Below, piece by piece: positions 9,497 through 18,655 of a stretch of 48,724 nucleotides of DNA. Within the stretch, counting starts at the first letter, position 1; the number at the start of each line of letters is the position of its first letter. Below the pieces are notes generated by a model. It saw nothing but the letters and a program-made list of their open reading frames with translations, did no database searches and was not told the origin of the DNA. The DNA comes from a bacterium (lineage in GTDB: Bacteria > J088 > JAWLBW01). Made by a program: the position numbers and the translations under genes. Location: the NCBI GenBank assembly GCA_041690355.1, contig JAWLHK010000029.1, positions 1-48,724 on the forward strand. Direction: 5' to 3'.

Positions 9497-10468
9497 ATGA
9501 AGCCGGCGGCCAGTATCGTCATCAATAATTACAATTACGGGCGTTACCTTCGCGAAGCCATCGACAGCGCCCTCGCCCAGCAGGACGTCAAGGTCGAAAC
9601 CATCGTGGTGGACGATGGATCGCATGACGACTCGCCGGCCATTATCCGGTCTTTCGGCAAGGCGATTCGCCCCATCCTGAAGAAGAACGGGGGGCAGGCC
9701 TCGGCCCTCAATCGCGGTCTCGAGGCGGCCCGGGGCGACTGGGTGATGCTGCTCGATGCCGACGATCGGTTCCGCCCGGAGAAGGCGGCGCGGGTGCTCG
9801 ACGCGGCGAGGCGCCACCCCGCGGCCGGCCTGATCTACCACCGCATGCAGAACATCGATGCCCAAGGCAACCGGCTCGACCTGCCCTGGCCGAAGAACCT
9901 GTTCACGGGGAACATCACTCGTCGCGTCGCCGCATCGGGGGGATGGTGGGAATATCCGTTCACGACCGCCTTGTGCTTCCACCGCCGGGTGCTCGAACGC
10001 ATTCTGCCCATTCCCGAAGACTCTTTCCGCATCTGCGCCGATGCCTGGCTCGCTGAGCTCGCCCCTTTCTTCGGCGAGGTCGTCGGCCTGCCCGAACCGC
10101 TCGCCGAGTTCCGGCTGCACGGCGACAACAACTGGAACAACAGCGCGCGCCTGGCCCAGACACGATCGGCCATGGAGACGCAGGCGGCACGCTATGAGCT
10201 GCAGGTCAACGTTCTGAACGAGGCGCTTGCCGGTCACGGCATCGCCAAACGGCTGCGTCTCGAAGACCACTGGCCCTGGCGCCGGCTGCAATGCAAACTG
10301 TCTGGCTACAGAACCCTGGTTCCGGCGACGTGGGCTGCGTTGCGCTCGCCCGGACAAGGGGGCAACCGGGCCCGGCTGCGGAATGCCGTCTGGCTCTGGC
10401 GCGATGCCTTCGAAGAGCATGCCGGAGCGCTGCGCAGGCTGGCGGGCGCCCAGTCTGAACAGGCGTGA
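9497..10468 (+). CDS. Glycosyltransferase family 2
   Basis: SIVINNYNYGRYL..AIDSAL.Q, VVDDGSHD, NGGQASALNRG, LDADD (DxD). Confidence 0.92.
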   Translation: MKPAASIVINNYNYGRYLREAIDSALAQQDVKVETIVVDDGSHDDSPAIIRSFGKAIRPILKKNGGQASALNRGLEAARGDWVMLLDADDRFRPEKAARVLDAARRHPAAGLIYHRMQNIDAQGNRLDLPWPKNLFTGNITRRVAASGGWWEYPFTTALCFHRRVLERILPIPEDSFRICADAWLAELAPFFGEVVGLPEPLAEFRLHGDNNWNNSARLAQTRSAMETQAARYELQVNVLNEALAGHGIAKRLRLEDHWPWRRLQCKLSGYRTLVPATWAALRSPGQGGNRARLRNAVWLWRDAFEEHAGALRRLAGAQSEQA

Positions 10469-10501
10469 CGCCCGGCGTGCGGCGCGGTCTTCAACACCCT
10501 G

Positions 10502-11323
10502 CTAGGCCCATACCTTGCGCACACTGTCCCAGCGGAAAAGACCTTCGCGGTTCAGGAGTTTCTTCACCCTGGGCGGTGCGACCCAGAGCGCTTGGTCAAA
10601 CCGGGCTTTGATATGGTCGCCGAGTGTGCGGCGGCGCGCGAGCATGCTCATTTCCTTCCGATACAGCTCGACGTCGTTCGACAGGTTGTCGCCGTGCCGG
10701 CGCCAGCCGCCGAGATAGGCCTCGACGATCTTCAGGTCGTGCTTCTTCGCGAAGTGCGTCCACAGGTAGAAGTCGCCTGCCAGCCTGAAACCGGCCAGCC
10801 TGTCGTAGTCGATCAGATCGAGCAGATCTCTTCGCCAGAAGGTCGACTCCTGCTGTACGAAGCGCAGACCGTCTCCATAGAAGCCCGCCGCAAAGAGCTC
10901 GGGCCGGTACCGGAAGGGAAGCACGACGCCGGTAACCTGGGCGCTCTCGTTGTAGAAGACGTTGTATCCGGTCAGCCAGTGCACGTTGTGCTGTTCCATG
11001 ACGTCGGCGACGATGTCGAAGGCCGACGGGTGGTAGTAGTCGCCGGCATTGATCCAGGTGACGATGTCGCCGGTCGTTCTGCGCAACCCCTTGGCCAGTG
11101 CGTCGTACACGCCCCTGTCAGGCTCGGACACGAGGGTTATCCCCCGGCCGGCGTAGCGTTCGAGGATCTCGAGTGTGCCGTCATCGGATCCTCCGTCGCA
11201 GACGATGTATTCGAGCCGCAATCTCCCGCTGCGCACGGCACGCTGGTTCAAGACCGATTCGACGGTTTCGGCAATGAGGTGCTTCCGGTTGTAACAGGGC
11301 GTCACGATGGAAACCGATTCCAT
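10502..11323 (-). CDS. Glycosyltransferase family 2 (WcaE-like)
   Basis: VSIVTPCYN, YIVCDGGSDDGT, SEPDRGVYDALAKG, WINAGD, QESTFWRR; GGAGG RBS upstream. Confidence 0.92.
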   Translation of the reverse strand: MESVSIVTPCYNRKHLIAETVESVLNQRAVRSGRLRLEYIVCDGGSDDGTLEILERYAGRGITLVSEPDRGVYDALAKGLRRTTGDIVTWINAGDYYHPSAFDIVADVMEQHNVHWLTGYNVFYNESAQVTGVVLPFRYRPELFAAGFYGDGLRFVQQESTFWRRDLLDLIDYDRLAGFRLAGDFYLWTHFAKKHDLKIVEAYLGGWRRHGDNLSNDVELYRKEMSMLARRRTLGDHIKARFDQALWVAPPRVKKLLNREGLFRWDSVRKVWA

Positions 11324-11513
11324 TTCTCCTCCGCTGTTTCTTCACTTTGTAACCGGAGAGCGAGGAATGCAAATGCTGAACAGACGCTCGCCCGGCGAGC
11401 TGTCACACGCAGAAGGTACGGCCGGCGAGCAGTGCTAAGCTGGAGACAGGACGGCATCCCGCCGCGGGGCGCCCTTCGCCGACGCCCAGCGTCTCTACTG
11501 ACGGAAGGAGCCC

Positions 11514-12917
11514 ATGAGTCTTCGCCAACAGGTATTGCACGGAGGACGCTACCTGATTGCCCGCCAGGCGCTGGGCGCGCTGCTGGGCTTCGGCGGCAAT
11601 CTCGTCATCGTGCGTACGATCGGGCCCGATGCCTACGGGCTGGCAGCCGCTGCGATCGGCATCCATACCTTTGCCGGCACCATCATGCAGTGGGGTCTGA
11701 ATACCTGGCTCATCCGCAGACCCGGAGAGACCACGCGGGTTCACCTCGATGCGGCTTTTACGCTGCTTACGATGATCTGCCTCGTCGGAGGCGTGCTGCT
11801 CACCGCCTCGGTTCCCCTGCTGCAACGCTGGGTCGATCTGCACGGCTTCTCGCCGGTCGCGCTGGTGCTGTTTCCCTCGGTCCTGCTGACGCCGGTTCTG
11901 ATCATCCCCCTCGCCTGGCTCGAGCGTGAGCTCCAGTATCGGAAGATCGCCTGGATCGAATTCTTCTGCCAGATCGGGCATCTCGGCGTCAGCATTCCCC
12001 TGGCGCTGGCCGGCTTCGGGGCCTGGGCGGTCATCGGCGGGGTGTGGACGCAGCTGCTCGTCAACGGCTTTCTCCTGTTACGAGCGTCACGATATCGGCC
12101 GCGCTTCTGCTGGGACCCCGAGGAGTTTCGAGGCATGCTTACCTACGGGTTCTCTTTTTCGAGCTCGATGTGGGTGTGGCAGTCGCGACGCCTTGTGAAT
12201 CCCCTCCTTGTCGGGCGCTGGTTCGGGGCAGAGGCCGTCGGGTTTGTGGCGCTTGCCATCCGCTTCGCAGAGATGCTGGGTTTCGTGCTCCAGGCGACCT
12301 GGCGCATCGCACTCTCGGCGCTGTCGCGGGTGCAGCATGAACCCGGCCGGCTCTCACGGGCGGTCGGCGAGGGGATGCGTCTGCAGCTGCTCGCCTACGG
12401 CTCGGTGCTTCTCGGTTTCTCGGCCACGGCGCACTGGCTGCTTCCGCTGATTTACGGCAAGCAGTGGGAGCCGGCGCTTGCCGTGTTTCCCTTCATCGCG
12501 GCGGGATATCTGACGAACTCCATGTTCAGCCTGCACTCCTCGGCGCTGTATGCGCGCCGGCAGAACTGGGAGGTGACCCGGTTTCACCTCGTGCACATCC
12601 TGGTCTTCGCCTCGGCGGCCCTGATGCTGGTGCCGCGCTTCGGCATGGTCGGCTACGGCTACGCCGAATTGCTGGCGCTGCCGTCTTACTACGTGGTGCA
12701 TCGTGCCGTACGCAGGCGGGTGGCGAGCCCCGAGTACGGTGTCGCGCCGGTATGGTGGTTCGCCTTCTGTCTGCCCCTGTTCTGGCAGCAGCTTGGGCTC
12801 TGGACCTTCGCGGCCGTGCCGCTGGGCTTGCTCTGGCCCGGTACGGTCAAGGAGCTTCGGGGGTATGTAGAGCTCGCCCTCGGGCGCGGTAGAGCGGCGC
12901 CTGCGACATCGTCGTAG
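11514..12917 (+). CDS. wzx: Wzx-type oligosaccharide flippase (PST family)
   Basis: Highly hydrophobic 467 aa with PST motifs (R.IGP..YGL, LERELQYRKIA..E, ALAGFGAWAVI, LLVGRWFG..AVG, LIYGKQW); EPS-cluster context; AGGAG RBS. Confidence 0.9.
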   Translation: MSLRQQVLHGGRYLIARQALGALLGFGGNLVIVRTIGPDAYGLAAAAIGIHTFAGTIMQWGLNTWLIRRPGETTRVHLDAAFTLLTMICLVGGVLLTASVPLLQRWVDLHGFSPVALVLFPSVLLTPVLIIPLAWLERELQYRKIAWIEFFCQIGHLGVSIPLALAGFGAWAVIGGVWTQLLVNGFLLLRASRYRPRFCWDPEEFRGMLTYGFSFSSSMWVWQSRRLVNPLLVGRWFGAEAVGFVALAIRFAEMLGFVLQATWRIALSALSRVQHEPGRLSRAVGEGMRLQLLAYGSVLLGFSATAHWLLPLIYGKQWEPALAVFPFIAAGYLTNSMFSLHSSALYARRQNWEVTRFHLVHILVFASAALMLVPRFGMVGYGYAELLALPSYYVVHRAVRRRVASPEYGVAPVWWFAFCLPLFWQQLGLWTFAAVPLGLLWPGTVKELRGYVELALGRGRAAPATSS

Positions 12918-13014
12918 CGGGAATTGGGAATTGAAATAGGGTTTGGCCTCCATGGGGTTCTCCAAAGACGGGCCGGGGGTACAAACTGGAAGCAATGGGT
13001 TGCACCGCAGAGAA

Positions 13015-13026
13015 GGCGGTAGCGTA
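13015..13026 (+). promoter_or_regulatory. ops-like element (RfaH/NusG-paralog recruitment site) in the gmd leader
   Basis: GGCGGTAGCGTA matches the enterobacterial ops sequence GGCGGTAGCGTG at 11/12 positions, on the non-template strand, 22 nt before the gmd ATG. Confidence 0.45.
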
Positions 13027-13048
13027 ACAATTACGTGGGGGAGCTTAG

Positions 13049-14140
13049 ATGAAACGGGTGGCTCTGATTACCGGCGTGACCGGTCAGGATGGGGCGTATC
13101 TGGCGGAGTTTCTTCTGAACAAAGGGTATGTGGTGCACGGCATCAAGCGCCGGTCGTCGAGTTTCAACACCGGGCGCATCGATCACCTCTATCAGGATCT
13201 GCACGATCCGCACCCGCGATTCATTCTGCACTATGGCGACATGACCGACGCCACCAACCTCATTCGCATCGTTCAAGAGACGCAGCCCGACGAGATCTAC
13301 AATCTCGCCGCGCAGAGCCATGTGCACGTGAGCTTTGAAACGGCAGAGTATACGGCCAACGCCGACGCCCTCGGCACGCTGCGCCTGCTCGAGGCGGTGC
13401 GCATTCTCAGGCTGGAGAAGAAAACCCGCATCTACCAGGCCTCGACCAGCGAGCTCTTCGGCGCGGTGCGTGAAGTGCCCCAGCGCGAGACGACGCCGTT
13501 CTATCCGCGTAGTCCGTATGCGGCCGCCAAACAGTATGCATACTGGATCACCGTCAACTACCGTGAAGCCTACGGCATGTTCGCGAGCAACGGCATTCTC
13601 TTCAACCACGAGTCGCCCATTCGCGGCGAGACATTCGTGACGCGCAAGATCACACGCGCCGCCGCCCGTATCAGTCTCGGCCTCGAGCACTGCCTGTACA
13701 TGGGCAATCTCGACAGCCTGCGCGACTGGGGCCATGCCAAAGACTATGTCGAGGGTATGTGGCGGATTCTCCAGCACGATCAGCCTGACGATTTCGTGCT
13801 TGCCACCGGGCGCCAGATCTCGGTGCGCAAGTTCGTCGAGATGGCCTTTGCCGAAGTCGGTCTGCCCCTGGCATGGAAGGGTGAGGGCGTCGATGAAATC
13901 GGGGTGCACGTCGAGACCGGTCAACCCGTGGTACGCATCGATCCCGCCTATTTCCGCCCGACTGAAGTCGACACCCTGCTGGGTGATCCGTCGAAGGCGA
14001 AGAAGCTGCTCGGTTGGGAGGCCCGGATCGGCGTCGAAGAGCTCTGCCGCGAGATGGTGCGCGAAGACTTGATGCAGGCCCGCCGGGAACGTGAGCAGGA
14101 GCAGGCTGCATTCTCGGATAGCGAATCCCGTGCGGCATGA
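13049..14140 (+). CDS. gmd: GDP-mannose 4,6-dehydratase
   Basis: [78 protein letters not shown]. Confidence 0.98.
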   Translation: MKRVALITGVTGQDGAYLAEFLLNKGYVVHGIKRRSSSFNTGRIDHLYQDLHDPHPRFILHYGDMTDATNLIRIVQETQPDEIYNLAAQSHVHVSFETAEYTANADALGTLRLLEAVRILRLEKKTRIYQASTSELFGAVREVPQRETTPFYPRSPYAAAKQYAYWITVNYREAYGMFASNGILFNHESPIRGETFVTRKITRAAARISLGLEHCLYMGNLDSLRDWGHAKDYVEGMWRILQHDQPDDFVLATGRQISVRKFVEMAFAEVGLPLAWKGEGVDEIGVHVETGQPVVRIDPAYFRPTEVDTLLGDPSKAKKLLGWEARIGVEELCREMVREDLMQARREREQEQAAFSDSESRAA

Positions 14141-14158
14141 CGGGCACCGAGAAGCCTG

Positions 14159-15427
14159 ATGCGGATACTCGTTCACGGGATCAACTTCGCGCCCGAATTG
14201 ACCGGGGTCGGCAAGTATACGGGCGAATTTGCCTCGTGGCTGGCCGAGCAGGGAGAGCAGGTACGGGTGGTTACCGCGCCACCCTACTACCCGGCGTGGC
14301 GTATTGCAGACGGTTACCGGGCCTTCGCTTATCGACGCGAACGGATGGCCGGCGTCGACGTATGGCGCACGCCCCTCTGGGTGCCTGCCAGACCCAGGGG
14401 GCTTACCCGTGCGCTGCACCTGCTCAGCTTCGCGCTGTCGAGTCTGCCGGTCATGCTGCTGCAGGTCTTCTGGCGGCCGCATGTCGTCATCGTGCTCGAG
14501 CCGACGTTCGCATCGGTTGCCCAGGCGTGGCTTGTCGCGCGTCTCAGCGGGGGGCGCGCCTGGCTTCACGTGCAGGACTTTGAACTCGATGCGGCTGTGA
14601 ACCTGGGCATGTTGCCCGCGCCGGCGCGCCGGGTGCTGGCCGGCATCGAATCGTGGCTCATGCGGCGCTTCGATCGCGTCTCGACGATCACCGCGAGCAT
14701 GCTCGCCCGCCTCGGCGAAAAGGGGGTCGACGAAGACCGGATTCGATACTTTCCGAACTGGATCGACACGGCCACCATGCGGGCCGACGATGGGGCGGTG
14801 CGGGCCTTCAGGTCGACCCTGGGTGTTGCTCCTTGGTCGAAACTCGTGCTGTACGCAGGGAACTTCGGTGAGAAGCAGGGGCTCGACGATGTCCTGCACG
14901 CGGCCGCCCTCGCGCGTACGCGCCTGCCCGATACCGTCTTCATCCTGTGCGGCGAGGGGGTGGCGAAGGCGCGGCTCATGGCGACCGCCGAAAGGCAGGG
15001 CCTCGAGAACGTGCGGTTTCTGCCGCTGCAGCCCGCCGACAAACTTCCGCTTCTCTTGCGGTGTGCCGATGTGCACCTGGTGACGCAGGCCCGCGCCGCG
15101 GCCGACCTCGTCATGCCCTCCAAGCTGCTCGCCATCTACACGGTAGGCGGTGCCGCCATCGTCACCGCCGATCCGGGCACGGAGCTCTACCGGCTGGTGC
15201 ATGACCAGGGTACGGGCCTGGCCGTCGAGCCCGAGAGTCCCGACGCGCTGCTGCAGGCCGTCGAGCAGCTTGCCGGCGATGACCTCCTGCGCGAAGGCCT
15301 GGGGCGCACGGCGAGCAATCATATCGAACGGCATCTGACGCGCGATGCCGTGCTTGGCGAGTTTTTCCGCCACCTGCGCCTTCTGGCCGACCTCCCGGCA
15401 CCCGAGCCCTCCTCCGAAATAGTCTGA
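14159..15427 (+). CDS. wcaI: WcaI-like glycosyltransferase family 4 (putative fucosyltransferase)
   Basis: MRILVHGINFAPELTGVGKYTGE, TAPPYYPAW, WLHVQDFELDAA, YAGNFGEKQGL, AADLVMPSKL are characteristic of WcaI. Confidence 0.9.
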   Translation: MRILVHGINFAPELTGVGKYTGEFASWLAEQGEQVRVVTAPPYYPAWRIADGYRAFAYRRERMAGVDVWRTPLWVPARPRGLTRALHLLSFALSSLPVMLLQVFWRPHVVIVLEPTFASVAQAWLVARLSGGRAWLHVQDFELDAAVNLGMLPAPARRVLAGIESWLMRRFDRVSTITASMLARLGEKGVDEDRIRYFPNWIDTATMRADDGAVRAFRSTLGVAPWSKLVLYAGNFGEKQGLDDVLHAAALARTRLPDTVFILCGEGVAKARLMATAERQGLENVRFLPLQPADKLPLLLRCADVHLVTQARAAADLVMPSKLLAIYTVGGAAIVTADPGTELYRLVHDQGTGLAVEPESPDALLQAVEQLAGDDLLREGLGRTASNHIERHLTRDAVLGEFFRHLRLLADLPAPEPSSEIV

Positions 15428-15766
15428 GGGCGTACCCGGCCTCGCGGGCGTATTCTCGTGACTTGACCTTGCGCCTCTTCTTCCTCAACGGGCGGCCGTC
15501 TGCCGTCGCTCCATTTCTCCCTCTTCCCATGGTCTAAGCCTGCGGCACGCTCCTGCTGCTGCGCTCTTCGTCCTTTTCGTCTTCCGCCGAATCCCTTGCC
15601 GGGTAAAGCGACCCGCCGAATCCTGCTACAACCGGGTTGATTGAAACCTCGCCCCGGTGCGGATCTACCGCACGCCCGGCTGTCATCTGCCGGCCGCCGG
15701 GGTTTTTACAGCCGGTTCTGTTGCAGATCACGACGCCGGCGCTCGCTTTTCGAGCGCGAATGGGTT

Positions 15767-15782
15767 CGGCACGGGTCTTGCT
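15767..15782 (+). promoter_or_regulatory. Putative sigma-54 (-24/-12) promoter
   Basis: CGGCACGGGTCTTGCT fits YGGCACG-N4-TTGCW with exact GG-N10-GC spacing, about 105 bp upstream of the 15887 ATG in a 460-bp intergenic region. Confidence 0.65.
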
Positions 15783-15886
15783 CTCGCTCACTGGCCAAAC
15801 GTTAAACCAATACGCAGAAGCGTGGGCGCCGTCGCGCCGATCGGCATGATCGCGGCCACAATCAACACGACTAACCAACCGGATTT

Positions 15887-18634
15887 ATGAAACGACAACG
15901 CTACCATCACGGCCTGCTATCGGCCGCTCTGATGGCTCTTTTCGCCGCGGGCTGCGGCAGCGCGATGACCGACGCGGGCGCGACCGCGCAGACCTTCAGT
16001 GATGCCGACGCCCGGATTGCCGCCAAGCCGACAGACCCCGGCTCGAACGGAAAGGGAAAAACCAAAGACCCGGCACCTGAGCCGACGCCTGAACCGGAGC
16101 CGACGCCTGTTCCCGAACCGACTCCCATAACGGAGCCGACGCCTGCCCCCGAACCGACGCCCGAACCCCTGGCAGAGAAGTTCGTCTTTGCGAATTACCA
16201 GCTGTGCTGCAGCGTTGATTCGACGCTCGCCGGGATAAAATCCGAGATCCAGAAGGCCCAGGAAGCGGGCTTCGATGGATTCGCGCTTACGGCCGGCGCC
16301 TGGTCGTCGGAGACCCAGTACATCACGCGGGCTGAGACCATGTACCAGGCGGCTCAGGAGCTCGGCACCGGCTTCAAGCTCTACATGCGGGCCGACCTGT
16401 GCTGCGGCGTCTCCAACGCCGACATCCAGGACATGGTGACGCGCTTCTACAACCATCCGAACCAGTTGAAGCGCGACGGGCGGTCGGTTCTCTCCGTATA
16501 TGGCGGCGAGACGAAGACCGACTGGCAGACGGGCGTGCTGACGCCGCTCGCCGATACGGGACACGCGGTCTATTTCATGCCGCACTTCCGCACGGCCGAC
16601 GAGACACCGACCTACACCGAGGTCTCGAATCTCTATACCAGCCACCCCTATGTCGACGGCCTGTTCTACTTCGGCGCTGCCGGTACGCCGGAGATGCTGC
16701 GTGACAGCAATACCGCGCATGCCACCCGCGCCGCCGAACTGGGCAAGGGCTTCCTTGCAAGCGTCACGCCGCACTACAGCGCGCACCAGAACGTGAACAA
16801 CCGGGTGTTCGACGGCCGCGGCGCCGACGGCCTGCGCGTACAGTGGGAATCGGTCATCGCCGATCCCAACGTACACTGGGTCGAGGTCGTGACCTGGAAC
16901 AGCCCGAACGAGTCGACCTACATCGCCCCGACGATCAACGGCGTCTTCTCGCACGATGCCTATCTGCAGTTGACGCGCTATTATGCCACCTGGTTCAAGA
17001 CGGGCACGCCTCCGGCGATTTCGACGGATGCGGTGCACTTCTTCTACCGCACGCACGGCAAGGATGCCGTCGCCTCTTCCGATCCGCTGGCCAAGCCGGT
17101 CCTCACGGGACTCGAAGGCGACTACATCTATGTCGTCACGGCACTGACGAGCCAGGCCGAACTGGACGTCGCCACCGGTGGCCAGACCCAGACCCTGACG
17201 GCCCCCGCGGGACTCTCGTTCCACAAGGTTCTGTTCGGTACGGGAACGCCCTCGGTCACGTTGCGGCGCAACGGCACGGTTGTTGCCGGAACGGCGGGTA
17301 TCCAGGCCATCAGCAATGCGATCAGCGCCTACAACTTCAACTACTACTCCGGCGTCGTTTACGAAGGCGACATTCCCGCCGCCGAACCGGAACCGACGCC
17401 GACGCCGACGCCCGAGCCGGCGCCGAACTACGACAACAAGGTCTTCGCACACTACATGCTGTGCTGCAACGGCCTGGGGTCGACGCTCGACGGATTCAAG
17501 GAAGAGATCCGGCAGGCGCAGTCGGTGGGCATCGATGGCTTCGCCCTCAACGCCGGCGCCTGGTCTTCGGAGACCCACTACAAGGACCGCGCGCGGCTCA
17601 TGTACCAGGCGGCCTACGAGCTCGGTACCGATTTCAAGCTGTTCTTCTCGGCCGACATCTGCTGCGGATTGCCGAACAGCGACATCCAGGACATGGTGCG
17701 CACGTACGGGAATCACCCGAATCAGTTCAGGCATGACGGCCGCATCGTACTCTCGACCTTCGGCGGCGAGTGGAAGAACGACTGGGAAACGGGCGTGCTG
17801 AACCCGATGGCCAATGAAGGAAAGCCGATCTACTTCGTGCCGTACTTCTACCCCTCGAACTATGACGAGACCCCGACCTACAACGACGTCGTCGGCATTT
17901 ATACCCGGCGGCCTTTCGTCGACGGTCTCTTCTACTTCGGCGGCGCGGGAACGCCGGAGCTGTTGCGCGACAGCAACCAGGCCCACCTGCAGCGGGCGGC
18001 CGAACTCGGCAAGACCTTCATGGCGAGCGTCACGCCGCACTACAGCGCCCACTCGAGCGGCAACAATCGTACCTATGACGGGCGGGGCGGCAACGGCCAG
18101 GACATCATGTGGCGGCACATCATCGCCAACCGCGCCAACGTGCCCTGGGTCGAGATCGTTACGTGGAACGATGCGAACGAAGGTTCGTACATCGGTCCAC
18201 CGATCTTCAACCGCCACTCCCACCGTGCCTGGCTTGAACAGACGAAGTACTACGCCGAATGGTTCAAGACGGGCGTGCAGCCGACGATCACGAAGGACCG
18301 GATGTTCTTCTACTATCGTCCGCACTCGAAGGATGCGGTGGCCTGCTGCGACGGCGTCGGGAAGCCGGCGCTGTACGGACTCGAAGGCGATTACATCTAC
18401 GTGACGACCGAGCTGACGGCGCCGGCCACGGTGGAGATCAACACGGGTGGTGTCATCCACCGGATCTCTGCGTCGGCAGGCGTGCAGCAGCACAAGGTTC
18501 CGTTCGCGCAGGGTACGCCCGCCTTCAAGCTGGTCAGCAACGGCATGACACTCCTGCAGAGCGGAAGCGTGCTGGGAATCAACAACTCGATTTCCAACTA
18601 CGACTTCAACTACTACACGGGCGTGCTGCAGTAA
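15887..18634 (+). CDS. Lipoprotein with two tandem GH71-like (alpha-1,3-glucanase family) domains and Pro/Glu/Thr linkers
   Basis: Lipobox FAAGC. Domain 2 has KVFAHYM, IDGFALN, FKLFFSAD, VLSTFGG, FVPYF, VDGLF, FMASVTP, VEIVTWNDANE.SYIGP, H.AWL...YY..WFKTG.QP.ITKD..FFYYRPH, which follow GH71 consensus order. Domain 1 is a clear internal paralog. Confidence 0.82.
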   Translation: MKRQRYHHGLLSAALMALFAAGCGSAMTDAGATAQTFSDADARIAAKPTDPGSNGKGKTKDPAPEPTPEPEPTPVPEPTPITEPTPAPEPTPEPLAEKFVFANYQLCCSVDSTLAGIKSEIQKAQEAGFDGFALTAGAWSSETQYITRAETMYQAAQELGTGFKLYMRADLCCGVSNADIQDMVTRFYNHPNQLKRDGRSVLSVYGGETKTDWQTGVLTPLADTGHAVYFMPHFRTADETPTYTEVSNLYTSHPYVDGLFYFGAAGTPEMLRDSNTAHATRAAELGKGFLASVTPHYSAHQNVNNRVFDGRGADGLRVQWESVIADPNVHWVEVVTWNSPNESTYIAPTINGVFSHDAYLQLTRYYATWFKTGTPPAISTDAVHFFYRTHGKDAVASSDPLAKPVLTGLEGDYIYVVTALTSQAELDVATGGQTQTLTAPAGLSFHKVLFGTGTPSVTLRRNGTVVAGTAGIQAISNAISAYNFNYYSGVVYEGDIPAAEPEPTPTPTPEPAPNYDNKVFAHYMLCCNGLGSTLDGFKEEIRQAQSVGIDGFALNAGAWSSETHYKDRARLMYQAAYELGTDFKLFFSADICCGLPNSDIQDMVRTYGNHPNQFRHDGRIVLSTFGGEWKNDWETGVLNPMANEGKPIYFVPYFYPSNYDETPTYNDVVGIYTRRPFVDGLFYFGGAGTPELLRDSNQAHLQRAAELGKTFMASVTPHYSAHSSGNNRTYDGRGGNGQDIMWRHIIANRANVPWVEIVTWNDANEGSYIGPPIFNRHSHRAWLEQTKYYAEWFKTGVQPTITKDRMFFYYRPHSKDAVACCDGVGKPALYGLEGDYIYVTTELTAPATVEINTGGVIHRISASAGVQQHKVPFAQGTPAFKLVSNGMTLLQSGSVLGINNSISNYDFNYYTGVLQ
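16070..16168 (+). repeat. Coding tandem repeat (about 18-bp period) encoding a PxPEPT linker; a second shorter linker lies at about 17381-17425
   Basis: Translation PAPEPTPEPEPTPVPEPTPITEPTPAPEPTPEP; recurring GAGCCGACGCCTG/GAACCGAC. Confidence 0.9.
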
Positions 18635-18655
18635 GACTGCGCTTCCATGTGCTCT

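Noticed and set aside
16070-16168. Tandem repeats as a possible CRISPR array
   Set aside because: In-frame Pro-rich linker with no unique spacers; no cas genes seen.
15917-18493. 858-aa antisense ORF (likewise 6366-8945, 13031-15373, 32988-34694, 43797-45713, 46347-47993)
   Set aside because: Shadow ORFs opposite well-supported genes; expected from high GC3 codon bias, with no recognisable motifs.
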